Shown piece after piece: positions 1-14,716 of a stretch of 64,000 nucleotides of DNA. The stretch spans positions 1 through 64,000 of the forward strand of contig JAPETS010000015.1 of NCBI GenBank assembly GCA_026023565.1, read 5' to 3'. The notes below the pieces were generated by a model. It was given only the letters and a program-made list of their open reading frames with translations, made no database searches and was not told the origin of the DNA. Made by a program: the position numbers and the translations under genes. The stretch's first letter is position 1. Every line of letters starts with the position of its first letter. This DNA is from Cirrosporium novae-zelandiae (taxonomy: Eukaryota).

Positions 1-74
<74 letters not shown>
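1..74. repeat. poly-T tract (at least 74 nt, runs off the window)
   Basis: Uninterrupted T run. Confidence 0.95.
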
Positions 75-76
<2 letters not shown>

Positions 77-679
77 TTATTATTTTTCCAGATTCTTTTT
101 ATTTTAGTATTTCGTCTGAACCGTTTATTTGTATAGACTGATACTATCGTTTCCGTTCGTTCCAATAATACTAATACCGTCCTTCGTAAAAAGTTTTTGG
201 TCTCGGCCTATCGTTTTTACCGTCGGGTTATAATTATTCGTCGGTTAAAACGTATTACGTTATTTAATTCCCGCGCCCGTATTAATTAATTATTATTTAA
301 AATCAATTAATTTATTCGGTAATTAGATTAGATATTTGCGGTTATTATACGTATTTTTTTTATTTTCGTACGTTTTTTTCCCGATTAATTTTAGATAATA
401 TAACGTAAATATCGATAATAATAAAAAAAAATAATAACGACGATATAAATTATTTTTTTTATAATTATTTTTTTAATAACGTTTTTACGGATATTAATAT
501 TGGTACTAATTCGATTTCTAAAAATAATAAAAATTCTGGCGCTATTAAAAATACGGTCAATATTTAAATTTTTATATAATTATTAGTATTCGAGCGTTTT
601 TTATTACGGGTTACGTACGTTTAAAACGCGTTTTTTTTTTCAGTAAATATTTTATAGTTTTTAAAATCGTTAATAAAAT

Positions 680-681
<2 letters not shown>

Positions 682-747
<66 letters not shown>
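682..747. repeat. poly-T tract (66 nt) just downstream of pol of family C
   Basis: Uninterrupted T run. Confidence 0.95.
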
Positions 748-748
<1 letters not shown>

Positions 749-769
749 ATTATATTCCCGTTTCTATTT

Positions 770-3700
770 TTTTTTTTTTTTCTAAAATATTTTTATATTC
801 TTTTAATAATTCGTTAGATTTTCGATATTTTTTTATTAATTTTCCGCGTATAACCAGCCTTCCTATTTTATTAAATATTCGTTTTTTTTTTTTTTTTTTT
901 TATATTCTAATATTTTTTTTATTATATATTCCGGTGTTCCTATTAATAATACTAATTCCGGGGATTTATAATCCGGATTTTTTTTATAAAATTCTAACAG
1001 TGATACGTAGAATATTAAATATAATTTCTGGTATTACTAGAATAGTCGTAGCTAGTACATGTTTTATCCGTATATAATTTCTATGGTAAACGGTTTTAGA
1101 TATTTTACGTCCAATTTTTTATTTATCCGTTTTATTTCTATATTTTTTATTATTAATAATATCTGATATTTTATTTTATATTATTTCGATATATAATAAC
1201 GATTGTAGTAAATTTTTTATTTTAAAACCGATATTTCCTATATTTTTTATATTTTTTTCCGTATTTTTTCTATATTTTCTATACGTATTTTTCTAATAGG
1301 GTTTTCGTTTTTTTTTATTTTTTCTACGTTTATTTTTAATTCTGGTTTAAACGTATATATTATTTCGAATAACGTTTTCTTCGTTTTCTGGTATTTCGTA
1401 TTATTATAGGTATATTTTCCGTTTATTAATAATATTATTTAATCGTTTTAATTATAATTATAATATATTTTTAAATATTTTTTTAATATTTAATTCTATT
1501 TTTCGGTTTGATTATTCGTTTATAAATAATAAACGATATTTAATTGTTTTTATATTATTAAATAATAACAGAATAATTTTTAATAAATATTAACAAATAA
1601 TAATTTTTTATTCGATATTATATTTTTAAATATTCTAAATTTTATTCCGACCGTTTTTTATATTAATTCTGTTAGATTCTTTATTTTCGTTTTTTTCGTA
1701 TATAATATATATATAGCTAATTTAGAATATTTATTTATTATTACCAAAATTATATTATATATATTATCGTTCTATTTATTTAATGGTAGATCGATAATAA
1801 AATTTATTATTATTATTTTTATTAAATTCTATAAATATTATAATAATATTAAAATTCCGTAGAATCGATAATAACGCGTTTTCGATTATTAATATATATC
1901 GTATCGTTTTACGTATTTTTTAATATTTTCGTTTATTTTTATTTATTATTTCTCTCGTTTTTTCGTTCCCGAAATATTTTTTAGACTACGGAAAATTATA
2001 GTTCATTTTTATTATTTCTTTTTTTAGTGCGGTATCGTTTGGCACGTATACCGCTCTATTTTTCCGCAGTAAACCCGTATTATTTTCGTTTTATTTCTTT
2101 TTTATTTCTTTTTTTTTTATATATATCCTATACTAAGGGTCTAGTTCTTATATTTTCCGTAGTAGATTTATTAATATTTCTAGTATTTTTTTTTCTAACC
2201 TATTTTTTATTATTATTATTCTATATATTTTTCGTAATAACAAATAATTATATACGTATTATACGTTTTCCGCAGTATATTCTAAAAAATTATTTATTTT
2301 ATTATTTTTTTCTATCGTTTTTAAAACCTTTTTTAACGTTGAGAAAGTTCTTCCCGTAAATAGCCCGTATTCTATATAATTTAACGCCGCTACCGTAATT
2401 ATTAATTGACTAAATATTTTAATTTTTTTTTTTATATTATTTGAATTTGTTTTATAATATAAATAATAATCTATTTTTCGTTTTTTTTTTTTTATTTTTT
2501 TTTATATAATCTGATTTTTTTAATAATATATTTATTGGGTTAGTTTTTTTTATTCTATATATTATTTCGAAATCGTATTCCGCTAGTTTCTTTATCTAGC
2601 GTATTTACCGTTTATTTAGCGCCGTTGTTTTTATAAATAATTATAAATTCCCGTGATCCGTTAATATTTATATTATATATTTATTTTTTTATAAATAATA
2701 ATTTTATTTTTTAAATCCTTCTATAATTACGAGTAATTCAAGATCGTATATTATATATTTTTATTCTGGTTTTATTAATTTTTTTAATTACAACGCAATT
2801 AAATATTATATTCCGTTCCATAATTATTCCGTACGTTCGTCGTTTAATTACGATAGAATTCCCGTAATCTTTTTTTATAATATATCCGTTTTTATTTTTA
2901 TTATTTTTATTAAATTAAAATAATATAATATAAATACTATCGTAAATATTTTTTTAAATATTTTAAACGCTGTTTACGCGGTCTCGGGCTATATAAATTC
3001 CTTTACTTTTCTACCGTTTTTTATTTTTTTAATAAATCTGTAATAGAATTTATTATTTTTGAATAATTTTTTATAAATTTTTTATAGAAATTAGCGAATC
3101 CAATAAAAATTTAGATATTGTAATAATTTTTTGATTTCGGTTATTCTAGATTTGTTTTTATTTTTTTTATTTTCATACGGATCTTTTACGTTCCGATCAC
3201 GAAATCTAGGAACGTTATTTCCGGTTTATTAAATATATATTTTGATAGTTTTATATATAATTTGTATTTGCGTAGTTTTTCCAATATTATCCGTACGTAT
3301 GCCGTATATTCCGCGATATTAAATAAATAGATCAAAATATCGTCAAAATATATTATATAAATTATATTTAAAAAATCGGATAATATTTCGTTAATATATA
3401 TTTAGAACGTGGTTAGAGCGTTTATTAATCCGAATAATATTATTATATATTCGAAATATCCGTATCGAATACGAAAAATAATTTTTTATTTATTTTCTTT
3501 TTTTATTTAGATTCGGTGATAAATCTTTTTTAAATTAAATTTTATAAAAATTTTCGTTTATTCTAATTTATTTAATATTTTTTTAATTAATAATAACGGA
3601 TATTTATCTTTAATTATAATTTAATTAAATTTTTTATAATTTATATATAAACGTAACGTTCCGTCCGATTTTGGTATAAATAAAATAAATATTTTATATA

Positions 3701-4420
3701 GATTTTTCGAATATTCGATCCGTTTTTTTTCTAGATTTTCGTTTAAATATTTTTTTGATATTTATAATTATTTTTTATTTAATAAATAAATTAATAAATA
3801 CGGTAATATTTAATCGGGTTCTAAATTGATAACGTACGTTATTCTAATTATATTCGATAATTATATAATTTTTTTTTCTGAAAATATATTTTTATAATTT
3901 TAATATTTTTTTAATATTATTATTTTATTTTTTTATTCCGTTTTTATTACGATATTAATATAATATCGTTATTTTTTTATTTATATTTATAGAATTATTT
4001 ATATTAAAAATACTAGCTATTTTTATTTTATTTTTTTTACGAATTTCTTAAACGATATAATTTTGATTTCTATATATTTTTCGCCGATATTCTGATATAT
4101 TTATTTTTTTTTTTTAATTTATTTCTAGATCTATTTTTTTTAATTAATTTATTTTTAATATTATTAGTTTTTTTTTATTTTTTATATCTATATTGATTAT
4201 TTTTTGGATATATTATCGGACCGTACGTATTAAATCTGTTATATATAATCGTAATATATATTCCCCGTAGATAATTATTTTTTTTTTATTTATTCCGATT
4301 AATTCTATTAATGATTTTTCGTTTTTTTTTATTTTCTACTGTTTAACGAGCTGTTGTAATATATAGTTTTTTTCCGTCTCTAAATTAATTAATATTTTCG
4401 TGTTGTTTTTTCTAATAATA
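770..4420 (-). pseudogene. pol relic (PR-RT-RNaseH-IN-chromodomain) of Gypsy family C
   Basis: The motifs above contain many TAA/TAG stops at expected Gln/Trp positions. Boundaries are approximate. Confidence 0.85.
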
Positions 4421-4429
4421 TTTATATTT

Positions 4430-5740
<1,311 letters not shown>

Positions 5741-5780
5741 TTAGATTATTTTTTTTCTTCGTAAAAAAAAATTTTCAGAA

Positions 5781-6100
5781 TATCAAAATTAGAGTTCTAA
5801 TAATATAAATAACGATATGAATAAATAAAGTATTTATATCGTAATAATATTAAAATAATAATATTTTTATATAATATAAAACTAAAAACTAGTTTTTGGT
5901 GATTTTTTTTCTATTTTTTTATCTAAATTTTTTTATTTAACGTTTTTTTTTCTCGGTAATCTATCGGCGTTACGTAACGCTATTTCCCTATTTTTATCCC
6001 TTTTTTAGTCCCTAGACGTAGCGACCCATTCTAGTACTCCACGTCCCCTCCTTTGTGACAGAACCCCTTTTTAGTATTCTACTTCTCTTCCTTTGTGACA
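5781..6100 (-). repeat. 5' LTR of family C (~320 bp)
   Basis: Ends are TATCAA (mutated TGTCAA) and TTTGTGACA. It aligns along its length with the solo copy at 37283-37601. Confidence 0.9.
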
Positions 6101-7378
6101 AAATCTGAATTTATAAAATTATTTATATTTATTTTTTATATTATAATAATATATTAACCGGTATTGATATTAAAATTAATATTATATTTTAATAAAATAA
6201 ATTAATAATTAATAAATTAAAATTCTATCTTAATACGGCGTATAAAAAAAATATTATATTAATTCAAAAATTTCAGAATTAAAATATTGAATAAATAAAA
6301 TATATTAAAAAGATTTTAATAAATTAATACGAATTTTAAAATAAATTTTTAGTATAATAAAATTGAAAAGATATTATAAAAATTATAAAAAAATTATCGA
6401 TAATATAAAAAATAAAAATAATTAGGATTTCGATAAAATATATACGAAAATATTAAATATAATTAAAGAAATACACGAATAAAAACCACAAAAAAAAATA
6501 AAAAAATAAAAAATTAATAAAAAAAAATAAATATTAATAAAATAATGTTTTTTAATTAAAAATAAACCCTAAAAATCTAATTAATAAAAAACTGTAGTTA
6601 TTAATAAATCTCGACCGAAATAAATATTATTAAATAATCGGATTGACGATCAATAAATAAATAAATTAATTAAAAAAATAAAGAAATTACGTATTATTAA
6701 TAATTATAACAGAAATACGAAAAATCTAAAATTATTTTTAATAATCAAAAATTAAATTAAAAAAAATTTATATATTAAAAATATAAAATAATTTTATTTA
6801 AAATCAAAATAAGTCTAATATATAATCGAACAAAAATAATTTATTTTAAATTAATATAATAATTATTTATAAAAAATATTAATGTTAATAATAAAAATAT
6901 TAACGGCGAAAATAATTACGCATAAAAAAAAATATTTTACAAAATTAAAAGAAATTAAAAATATATTTAAAAAAATTAAAAAAAAAATAAATTAAAAAAG
7001 AAAATCAAAAAAAAAATTAAATATTTCGAATTCGAAAAAAATTTTATATTAAATGATAAAAATATAATTATAATCGATAACGAATCCAATAATAAAAAAA
7101 ATATAAAATTAAATTTATAAAAAATTTTAAAATCGAATTTTTACGATATTTTTTTATATTACATTAAATTTAAATAAACCAAAAATTAAATAATATTATT
7201 TAAATTCACAAATATATATATAAAAATTATATAAAACTCGATTATCAAAAAAAATAAAAAAAAAATTATTTATTAAATTAAATATATTAATACGAATTTC
7301 GTTATTATTCCTAGAAATTATAATTAAATATTATATTAAAATAAAAAAAACATTAAAAAAATAAAAAAAATTTATAAA
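6101..7378 (+). mobile_element. family A (Ylt1-like Gypsy) gag-region fragment, copy A0, internally deleted; host of the family C insertion
   Basis: Collinear, with deletions, with 15290-16740 and 51690-52810. Confidence 0.85.
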
Positions 7379-9893
7379 TAAAAATTAATTTGGATGGAAA
7401 CGTAATCGAAACGTAATCGATACGTTTATATATTTAATATATCGAATAAAAAAATTTAATTAAAAATAAATAATTTATATTTTAGTTATAAACGTTAAAA
7501 AAACGTTTAATAATATATTACGATTTAAATTAATACGACGTTGAAAATAATTAAAAATTAATAAAAATATTATTAAATAAATAACTAATTTTATAATTTA
7601 ACCAAATATCGAATTAATAATCGACGGAGAAATACAACCCCGAATTAATATAGAAACGGGGGTGCCGTAAAAATCGCCCGCATTCCCAATATTATTTTTG
7701 ATATATTGCAGCCGGTTATTCGCAGCCGTAAAATAAATAATTTTTAGGGTTAAAATTCTATTATTCGTAGACGACGTAAATTTCTCGATCATTTATATAA
7801 ATAATAAATAAACCCGGAAAGTTATTTAATAAATAACTAAAACGGCGGTTTAATAAAAAAAAATAGATTAGAATTCGATATTTAAAAAATTGAAATTATA
7901 ATTTTTTCTAAATTATGAAAATACTAAATTTAAATAAATATTAAATCGAAAATTAAAATTGATAATTATTTGATTAAATATAAAAAAAATTATATACGGT
8001 AATTAAATATATAATTAAACGCGAAATTTAATTGTTAAATTTATTATATTTAATATTTAATTAAAATTAAACGCGCGGAAAACGTAATTAAATATATATA
8101 TTATCGAAATAAATTATTTATAAAATTTACGCGTTAAATAATAATAACGATTATAATATCAATTTATATATACGGATATAAAATCTAATAAAAAAAATAA
8201 ACTTAGTATTAAATAAAATTTTAAAAACTATTGAATAGATTTACGAAATTAATAATCAGCGTTTATAAAATAATCTCAATAATAATAGTTATATAAAAAA
8301 TTTATATATATTTTATAAACGTAATATTAGATATCGCGTAAAAAAAATACGGATTTCGGTATTTTTAAAAAATTAAAAAAAATTTAACGAATTTAATATT
8401 ATTTATAATATTAAAAATAAAAAATATAAACGTTTAATTAAAAAAATAATCGCTAAAATTTTTTTAATAAATCTAAATAACCGAAAAAAATAGATTTTTA
8501 AAAAAAAAAATAATATCTCCCGAATAATAAATTGTTAATAAAACGTTTATATAAAATTAGAAAAATATATATTAATCGAATAAATCTAAATTAAACGATT
8601 ATAAAATAAAAACAGGGATAATCTAAAAAATAATTAAAAAAACGCTGTAAATAATACGAAAATACTATTTTAATCAAAATAAAAAAATATTCGATACAGA
8701 ATTTTAAAAAATATAAACGGTTTTGAAAATAATAATTAAAACAGACCTACATATTCAAATAATTCCCGAAAAAATAATATTATTATTATTCGATTCGCAG
8801 ATAATAATCAAATAAATCAAAAAAAAAATTAAATAATCGTATAAATAATATATAAATATATTAAATATTTAATTAATTAAAAAACGAAAATCGTAATTAA
8901 ATAAATTTTAAAATATTATAAAATATTTAAAAACGAAATAATAAATTAAACGGCTAAAATAAATATAATATTAAAAAATAATAAAATAATTAAATAAATT
9001 TCGTTAATTTATATAATCCGTAATATAATAAAAAAATAGATTATAAAAATATATAATTAATTATATAATTAAAAAATAAAAAAATTATTTAATAGATTTT
9101 ATCGAATATATTTAAAATATAAAAAAAATCAAATATTAGAATATATATTTAAAAAATTAATAAATAGATTTTATTAAATAAAAACGGGATACGCCGTCAC
9201 CGGAAAATATATATATCGTACAAAAATTATTATTATCCCAGAATATTAATAATACGGGGTTTTATATTAAAATATTTTTTATTTAATATTAATATATCCG
9301 CGCTAAAAAATAATTAAAACCCGTTTACGGAAAATAATAGAAAAACGGGGGAATTAATAACCTAATATAGCCGATAAAAAAAAACTAATATTCGTATTAA
9401 AAAACGGAAGATTTTTTAAAAATGAAATACGTTTTTTAGATAATACGGAAATAAAAAAGCCCCAATTCTGGACTAAATACGAAAAAAAAAATCGTAAAAT
9501 ATATTTAAATTAGGAATAAATAAAACCCGGATACGGGGGGAAAAAAAACCTAGACGTAGATATTAAATAAAAACGGGGCCCGTAATAAATACGCGGGGTA
9601 AACGTATACGTAAACAAAAACTAAAAAAATTGAAAATAAATACGAATAAATTTATTTATAAATTATAAATACCGAAATAACGTTAAAGAATTATCCGGTT
9701 AAATAAATTAAATAATTCTAAAAAACCTAAAAAAAAGGGGAAACTATATAGCCGAACCAAAGAGGTAACCCCCACTATTTTAGCTAAAAATAAGCCCGAA
9801 AAAGGATACAAAAAGGCCTGAAACCCCTAAATAAAGTCTGTCATAGCTTCTAAGCGATATATAGACATAAAACAATGAATAATCATTATCATT
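7379..9893 (+). mobile_element. 5'-truncated Tad1-like LINE (family B): RT, RNase H and 3' UTR
   Basis: RT reads 'IELIIDGEIQPRINIETGVP*KSPAFPILFLIYCSRLF...LLFVDDVNF' (GVPQGSP..PILF...FVDD) at 7605-7783. An RNase H W-V-P-G-H..I-P-G-N-E relic is at ~8890-8960. The 3' end reads AACAATGAATAATCATTATCATT. Confidence 0.92.
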
Positions 9894-9945
9894 AATTATT
9901 AAATAAATTATATAAATACGATTTTTCGATTTCGATATTATATAT

Positions 9946-10180
9946 TATGGTGGAGTATATCAGTATATTTATGGATTATACTTATTTTCAAGTTATAGGA
10001 ACAGCAAATAAATCAAATTATAAAATAATTTTTATAATTATAATAATCGTTAATAAATACGAATATTATTTCTATAATAATAATTATATAAAAATATAAT
10101 AATAACCGGTTTTTATTTAATTAATATTTTTTAACTAATAAAAAAAATATAGAAGAAAATTAAAAAAATTAAAAAAAAAA
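9946..10180 (-). repeat. truncated family-A LTR
   Basis: Begins TATGGTGGAGTATATCAG after ATAT and matches 12491 onward. It is fused back to A internal sequence at an A-run. Confidence 0.85.
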
Positions 10181-11509
10181 AAAACGAAAAATCGATATAA
10201 ATAATTTTATAAATACAGAATTTATATATTATAAAATCGGAATATTTTTAATATATAATAAACCCGTTTATATATAATTCAGCGATAAAATATTAAATAA
10301 TATAATCGAAATAAATAATAATATAAAAAATAATTTATTAAAACGAATAATAAAAAATTTATTTAAATTATTATTTAAAAATAAATATAATTAAAAATTT
10401 TAGAATATTATAAAATTTCCAATAAAATTTATAAAATTAATTAACGAATATAATAATAAATATATTAAAAAAAATAGAAATTATTTAAATAACGGGTATT
10501 AAAATATATATATCGAGAATAATATTTATATTTCCGGTTTTCCCGTAATAAAAATTATAAACGAATAAAATATAAAAAATAAAATAATAAAATATTTATA
10601 TAACGAAAATAATTATAAAACAAAAAAATTATTTTCTATAAAATTACAGAACGATCTTTTAGAAAAAATCTATATAAAAACGTTAAAAATTTTATTAAAA
10701 ATTACGATCCGTATCAACGACGCCGTAAATTTAGAATCGAAAAAAAACTATATTTTATATATATACAAATTTCTAATAAAAAATAAATAATCAATATTAT
10801 TTATATATTTTAATGGTAAAATAAAAAATAAAAAATATTAATTAAAAACGATTTTAATAAATAAATAAAAAAAAAATATTAAATAAAATAATAATTATTA
10901 ATATAATTAATTTTATATAAATTAATATATTCTATAAATATAAAACCTTAATAAATCTAATATTCGATAACTGAAAAAAAAATATAGAAATAATAATAAA
11001 ATTATTGAATAAATATTATTTTATAATTAGGCGACGAAATATATTAATATATTATTTATAATCGAATAAAATAATTGAACGAAATTTTTAATTTATAAAA
11101 AATAGATTAACTAAATTAGACCCTATAAAAACAATATACAATCTATCTAAAATATTATAAACAGACAGAACGATAATAAAAAAATCTATTAAATATACCT
11201 TATTTTATATTAAAACTGCCGACCAAATTTTATTATTTATAAATTTCGATATTCTAATATAATTTATATTATTTTAGAACGAAATAATTAATATAATAAA
11301 TTTATTAATAATATATACTAAATAATAATAACGATAAAAAAGAAATATCGAAAAAACCCGATAATATTTAAAAGAATATTATATAAAAAATAAAAAATTT
11401 AATATTGATATATAAATTATATAAAAAATTCAACAAATCTATAAATATTAAATTAAGAAAAAAATAAATTAAATTATATAAAATAATCGAAATAAAAGAT
11501 TCCGGCTAT

Positions 11510-11877
11510 TATGGTGGAGTAAGTGGGTATGCCTACTTATCCCTATATAACCTCCTCCCTAAAAAACAATATGGTTTCTTTTTCTAAAAAAGATAAAAAT
11601 AAACGAATATCCAAAATTCAGAAATATATTCTAGATTAATTTTTTTTTTCTTAATTTTTTTGATTTTTTTCTATATTTTTTTTATTAATTAAAAAATATT
11701 AATTAAATAAAAACCGGCTATTATTATATTTTTATATAATTACTATTATAGAAATAACGTTCGTATTTATCGACGATTATTATAATTATAAAAATTATTT
11801 TATAATTTGGTTTATTTGCTGTTCCTATAACTTGAAAATAAATATAATCCATGAGTATACTGATATACTCCACCACA
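11510..11877 (+). repeat. solo LTR, family A, with 4-bp TSD CTAT
   Basis: Ends are T(A/G)TGGTGGAGT and ACTCCACCACA. The empty site CCGGCTATTATA is seen at ~20431 in copy A1. Confidence 0.93.
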
Positions 11878-12490
11878 CTATTATAGATTAGAAAATTTAA
11901 ATCAAATATTAATATATAAAATTTATATAAAAAATAAAATTAAAATATTTATTTAGCGATATAAAAATTTCGAATATTAAAATTAATAAAATAAAAATTA
12001 ATAAAAAAAATATTAGAATAATAAATATAATAATAAATATAATAATAAATAAACCGACGATTTAAAAATATAATTTAATAATTAAAAACCGATTATTTTT
12101 TAAAAAAAAAAAAATTTAATTCACGTATTAAAATATATATCCCAGAACGCGCCAGGGATACGGAATATAAAAAATTTATTTAATATAAAAAATTATTAAT
12201 ACGGCCGGAAAACCAGAGATTTTGCCGAAATGTATTTTGTGTAAAATCTTTTTTATTTTTTTAAAATAACAATAATAATTCTTTATTTTTTAATAAATAT
12301 TTATTTTTTATAACTTTTATTATAATTATTATATTTCTAATTATTATAATATAATATTATCGAAAAGAATTAATAAATTTTAATCGTAATTTTAAAAAAT
12401 AATCGATAAATTAAAAAGAATTTATTTTTAAAAATAAAATATATAAAATATATTTTTTTTGATAATCCGGTAATTAATTAATAATAATAT

Positions 12491-12855
12491 TGTGGTGGAG
12501 TGTATCAGTATACTCATGGATTATACGTACTTTCAAGTCATAGGAATAGTAAATAAACTAAACTATAAAATACTTCTTATAGCTATAATAATCGTCGATA
12601 GATACTAACGTTATTTCTGTGATAGTAATTATATAAAAATATAATAATTGCTGGTTTTTATTCAATGATTATTTCTTAAATAATAAAAACAAAAAGAAAT
12701 TAAGAAAAATTAAGAAAGAAAAAAAATGATCCAGAATATATCCCTGAATTTTGGATACTCGCTTATCTTTATATCCCTTAGAAAAAGAAACCATATTGCT
12801 TTTTAGGGAGGAGGTTACATAAGGATAAATGGGCATACCCACTTACTCCACGATA
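12491..12855 (-). repeat. solo LTR, family A, with 4-bp TSD ATAT
   Basis: Ends are TGTGGTGGAGTG and ACTCCACGATA, flanked by ATAT on both sides. The empty site is at ~21260. Confidence 0.93.
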
Positions 12856-14348
12856 ATATTAAATAAGTTTTATAAAAATATAAATTAATTTATTTAATAC
12901 CTGAAAATATTAGAACCAGAATTAAAATATTAAATATAAATAGCAACTGCCGAATTTTTAGAATCAAAAATTATTTATTTAAATAATTAAATAGAAAAAT
13001 TATAGAATTATATTCAATTAAATAATATATAAATTAGAATAAAAAAAATATAACGAATAATTAATTATTTCACCGAAAAATTTAAATCGATATAACGAAA
13101 AATACGGAAATAAAAATATTTAATTAAAAAAAATATTAATATAATTAATGAAATATAAAAAAATATTTATAAAAATAAAATTAATAATTTTTAATTTAAA
13201 ATTATTTTTTAATAAATTTACCGTCGAAAAAAAAACTAAAAAAATTATAAAAATGATATTATTTAAAAACGTTTTTTTTTCGGACATTATATATATTATA
13301 TAAACACGAAAAAACTAAATCAGAAATTTTGTAAATATTTAATTTAAATTTTCAATATAAAAAAAAATTATTTAATAAAAACTTAAATTATATAAATATT
13401 CCGATATATTATAAAACGAAACCGAAATTAATATATTAAACGAAATATTACAAATTATACGAGATTTTAATAAATATTTATATTTTTTAAATATTAAAAA
13501 TTAATAAAAAAATTTGAAAATCTAAAAAAAATAAAATATTATTAATTTATTTATCGATATATTTATCGATTATAATAAAATAAATTTTATATAATTTTAA
13601 AATATTCGAATATGAATATTTTTAATAATTTCGAATAAAATATATATTTTAGAATTAATTATATCGGTGATATTATAAATATTAAATAAAAAATATATTA
13701 TTATTATTTTCAAGAAATAAATAGGAATTCTAATTATAAATAATTACGAAATAAATAAATCGTTAATATAATATTTATTAATTTTTATTAAATAAACGAA
13801 TACTAAAAATTATTAATAAATAATTTATTAAAAATAACGAAAAAATTTATAATATTAAATAAATTTTTTAATTATATAAAAAAAAATAAATTCGAATAAT
13901 TATATTATATTTAATATATAAAATATTTAGATCTATTAAAAATTTACGACGGATAATATTTTTTTAATTTATAAAAATTAGAATCGACGGATTTATATTA
14001 AAAATTAATAAATACGGAATATAAAAATTTTTTTTTATAATTTATAAAAATATAATAATATTATATAATTTATTATTACATTTAAAAAATCGATATAAAA
14101 TTATATTATACGTTTTTTCAGTAATTACGTTAATACAAGGATTAATATTGATTTCGGACATTTTAAGAAAATAAAAAAAATAATTTAATTTAATAATTTA
14201 GAATATATTATATAAAATTTTTAATTATATAATAAAATATAATATTATTAATTTATAACGAAAAAACGCTACGAAAATTATATATTATATTTTTAAAAAC
14301 ACGGTTATAATTAAATATTAAATATTTGGAAAAAACTTTTTTTTCTAT

Positions 14349-14716
14349 TATGGTGGAGTAAGTGGGTATGCCCACTTATCCCTATGTAACCTCCTCCCTA
14401 AAAAGCAATATGGTTTCTTTTTCTAAAAAAGATAAGGATAAGCGAGTGTCCAAAATTCAGAGATATATTCTGGATGATTTTTTTTTTCTCAATTTTTTTG
14501 ATTTTTTTTCTATGTTTTTTTTACTAGCTAAAAAATATTAATTAAATAAAAACCGGCTACTATTATATTCTTATATAGTTACTACTATAGAAATAACGTT
14601 CGTATTTATCAATAATTATTATAATTATAAAAACTATTTTATAATTTAGTTTATTTACTATTTCTATGATTTGAAAATACGTATAATCCATAAATATACT
14701 AATATATTCCACCATA
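14349..14716 (+). repeat. 5' LTR of copy A1
   Basis: Same sequence family as 11510-11877. It is preceded by CTAT and followed by internal sequence rather than a TSD. Confidence 0.9.

Larger units (their letters stand above)
9894..14348 (+). mobile_element. family A copy A0 continued (RNase H end, integrase, 3' region), interrupted by three family-A LTRs
   Basis: Collinear with 19310-23800 and 55340-58765. It retains an integrase Zn-finger relic ('LYKNVKNFIKNYDPYQRR', from C-D-P-C-Q-R-R) at ~10670-10722. Confidence 0.85.

Noticed and set aside
1..747. Poly-T runs as LINE/SINE poly-A tails or a telomere
   Set aside because: The local LINE ends in (CAT/ATT)n, no TSDs are visible, and there are no telomeric repeats. 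The runs lie inside an LTR element.
11510..11877. The ~365-bp TGTGGTGGAGT...ACTCCACCACA repeat as a MITE
   Set aside because: It has TG...CA ends and 4-bp TSDs. One copy precedes a PBS-like site and gag-pol (14349) and another follows a PPT (59003), so it is the family-A LTR.
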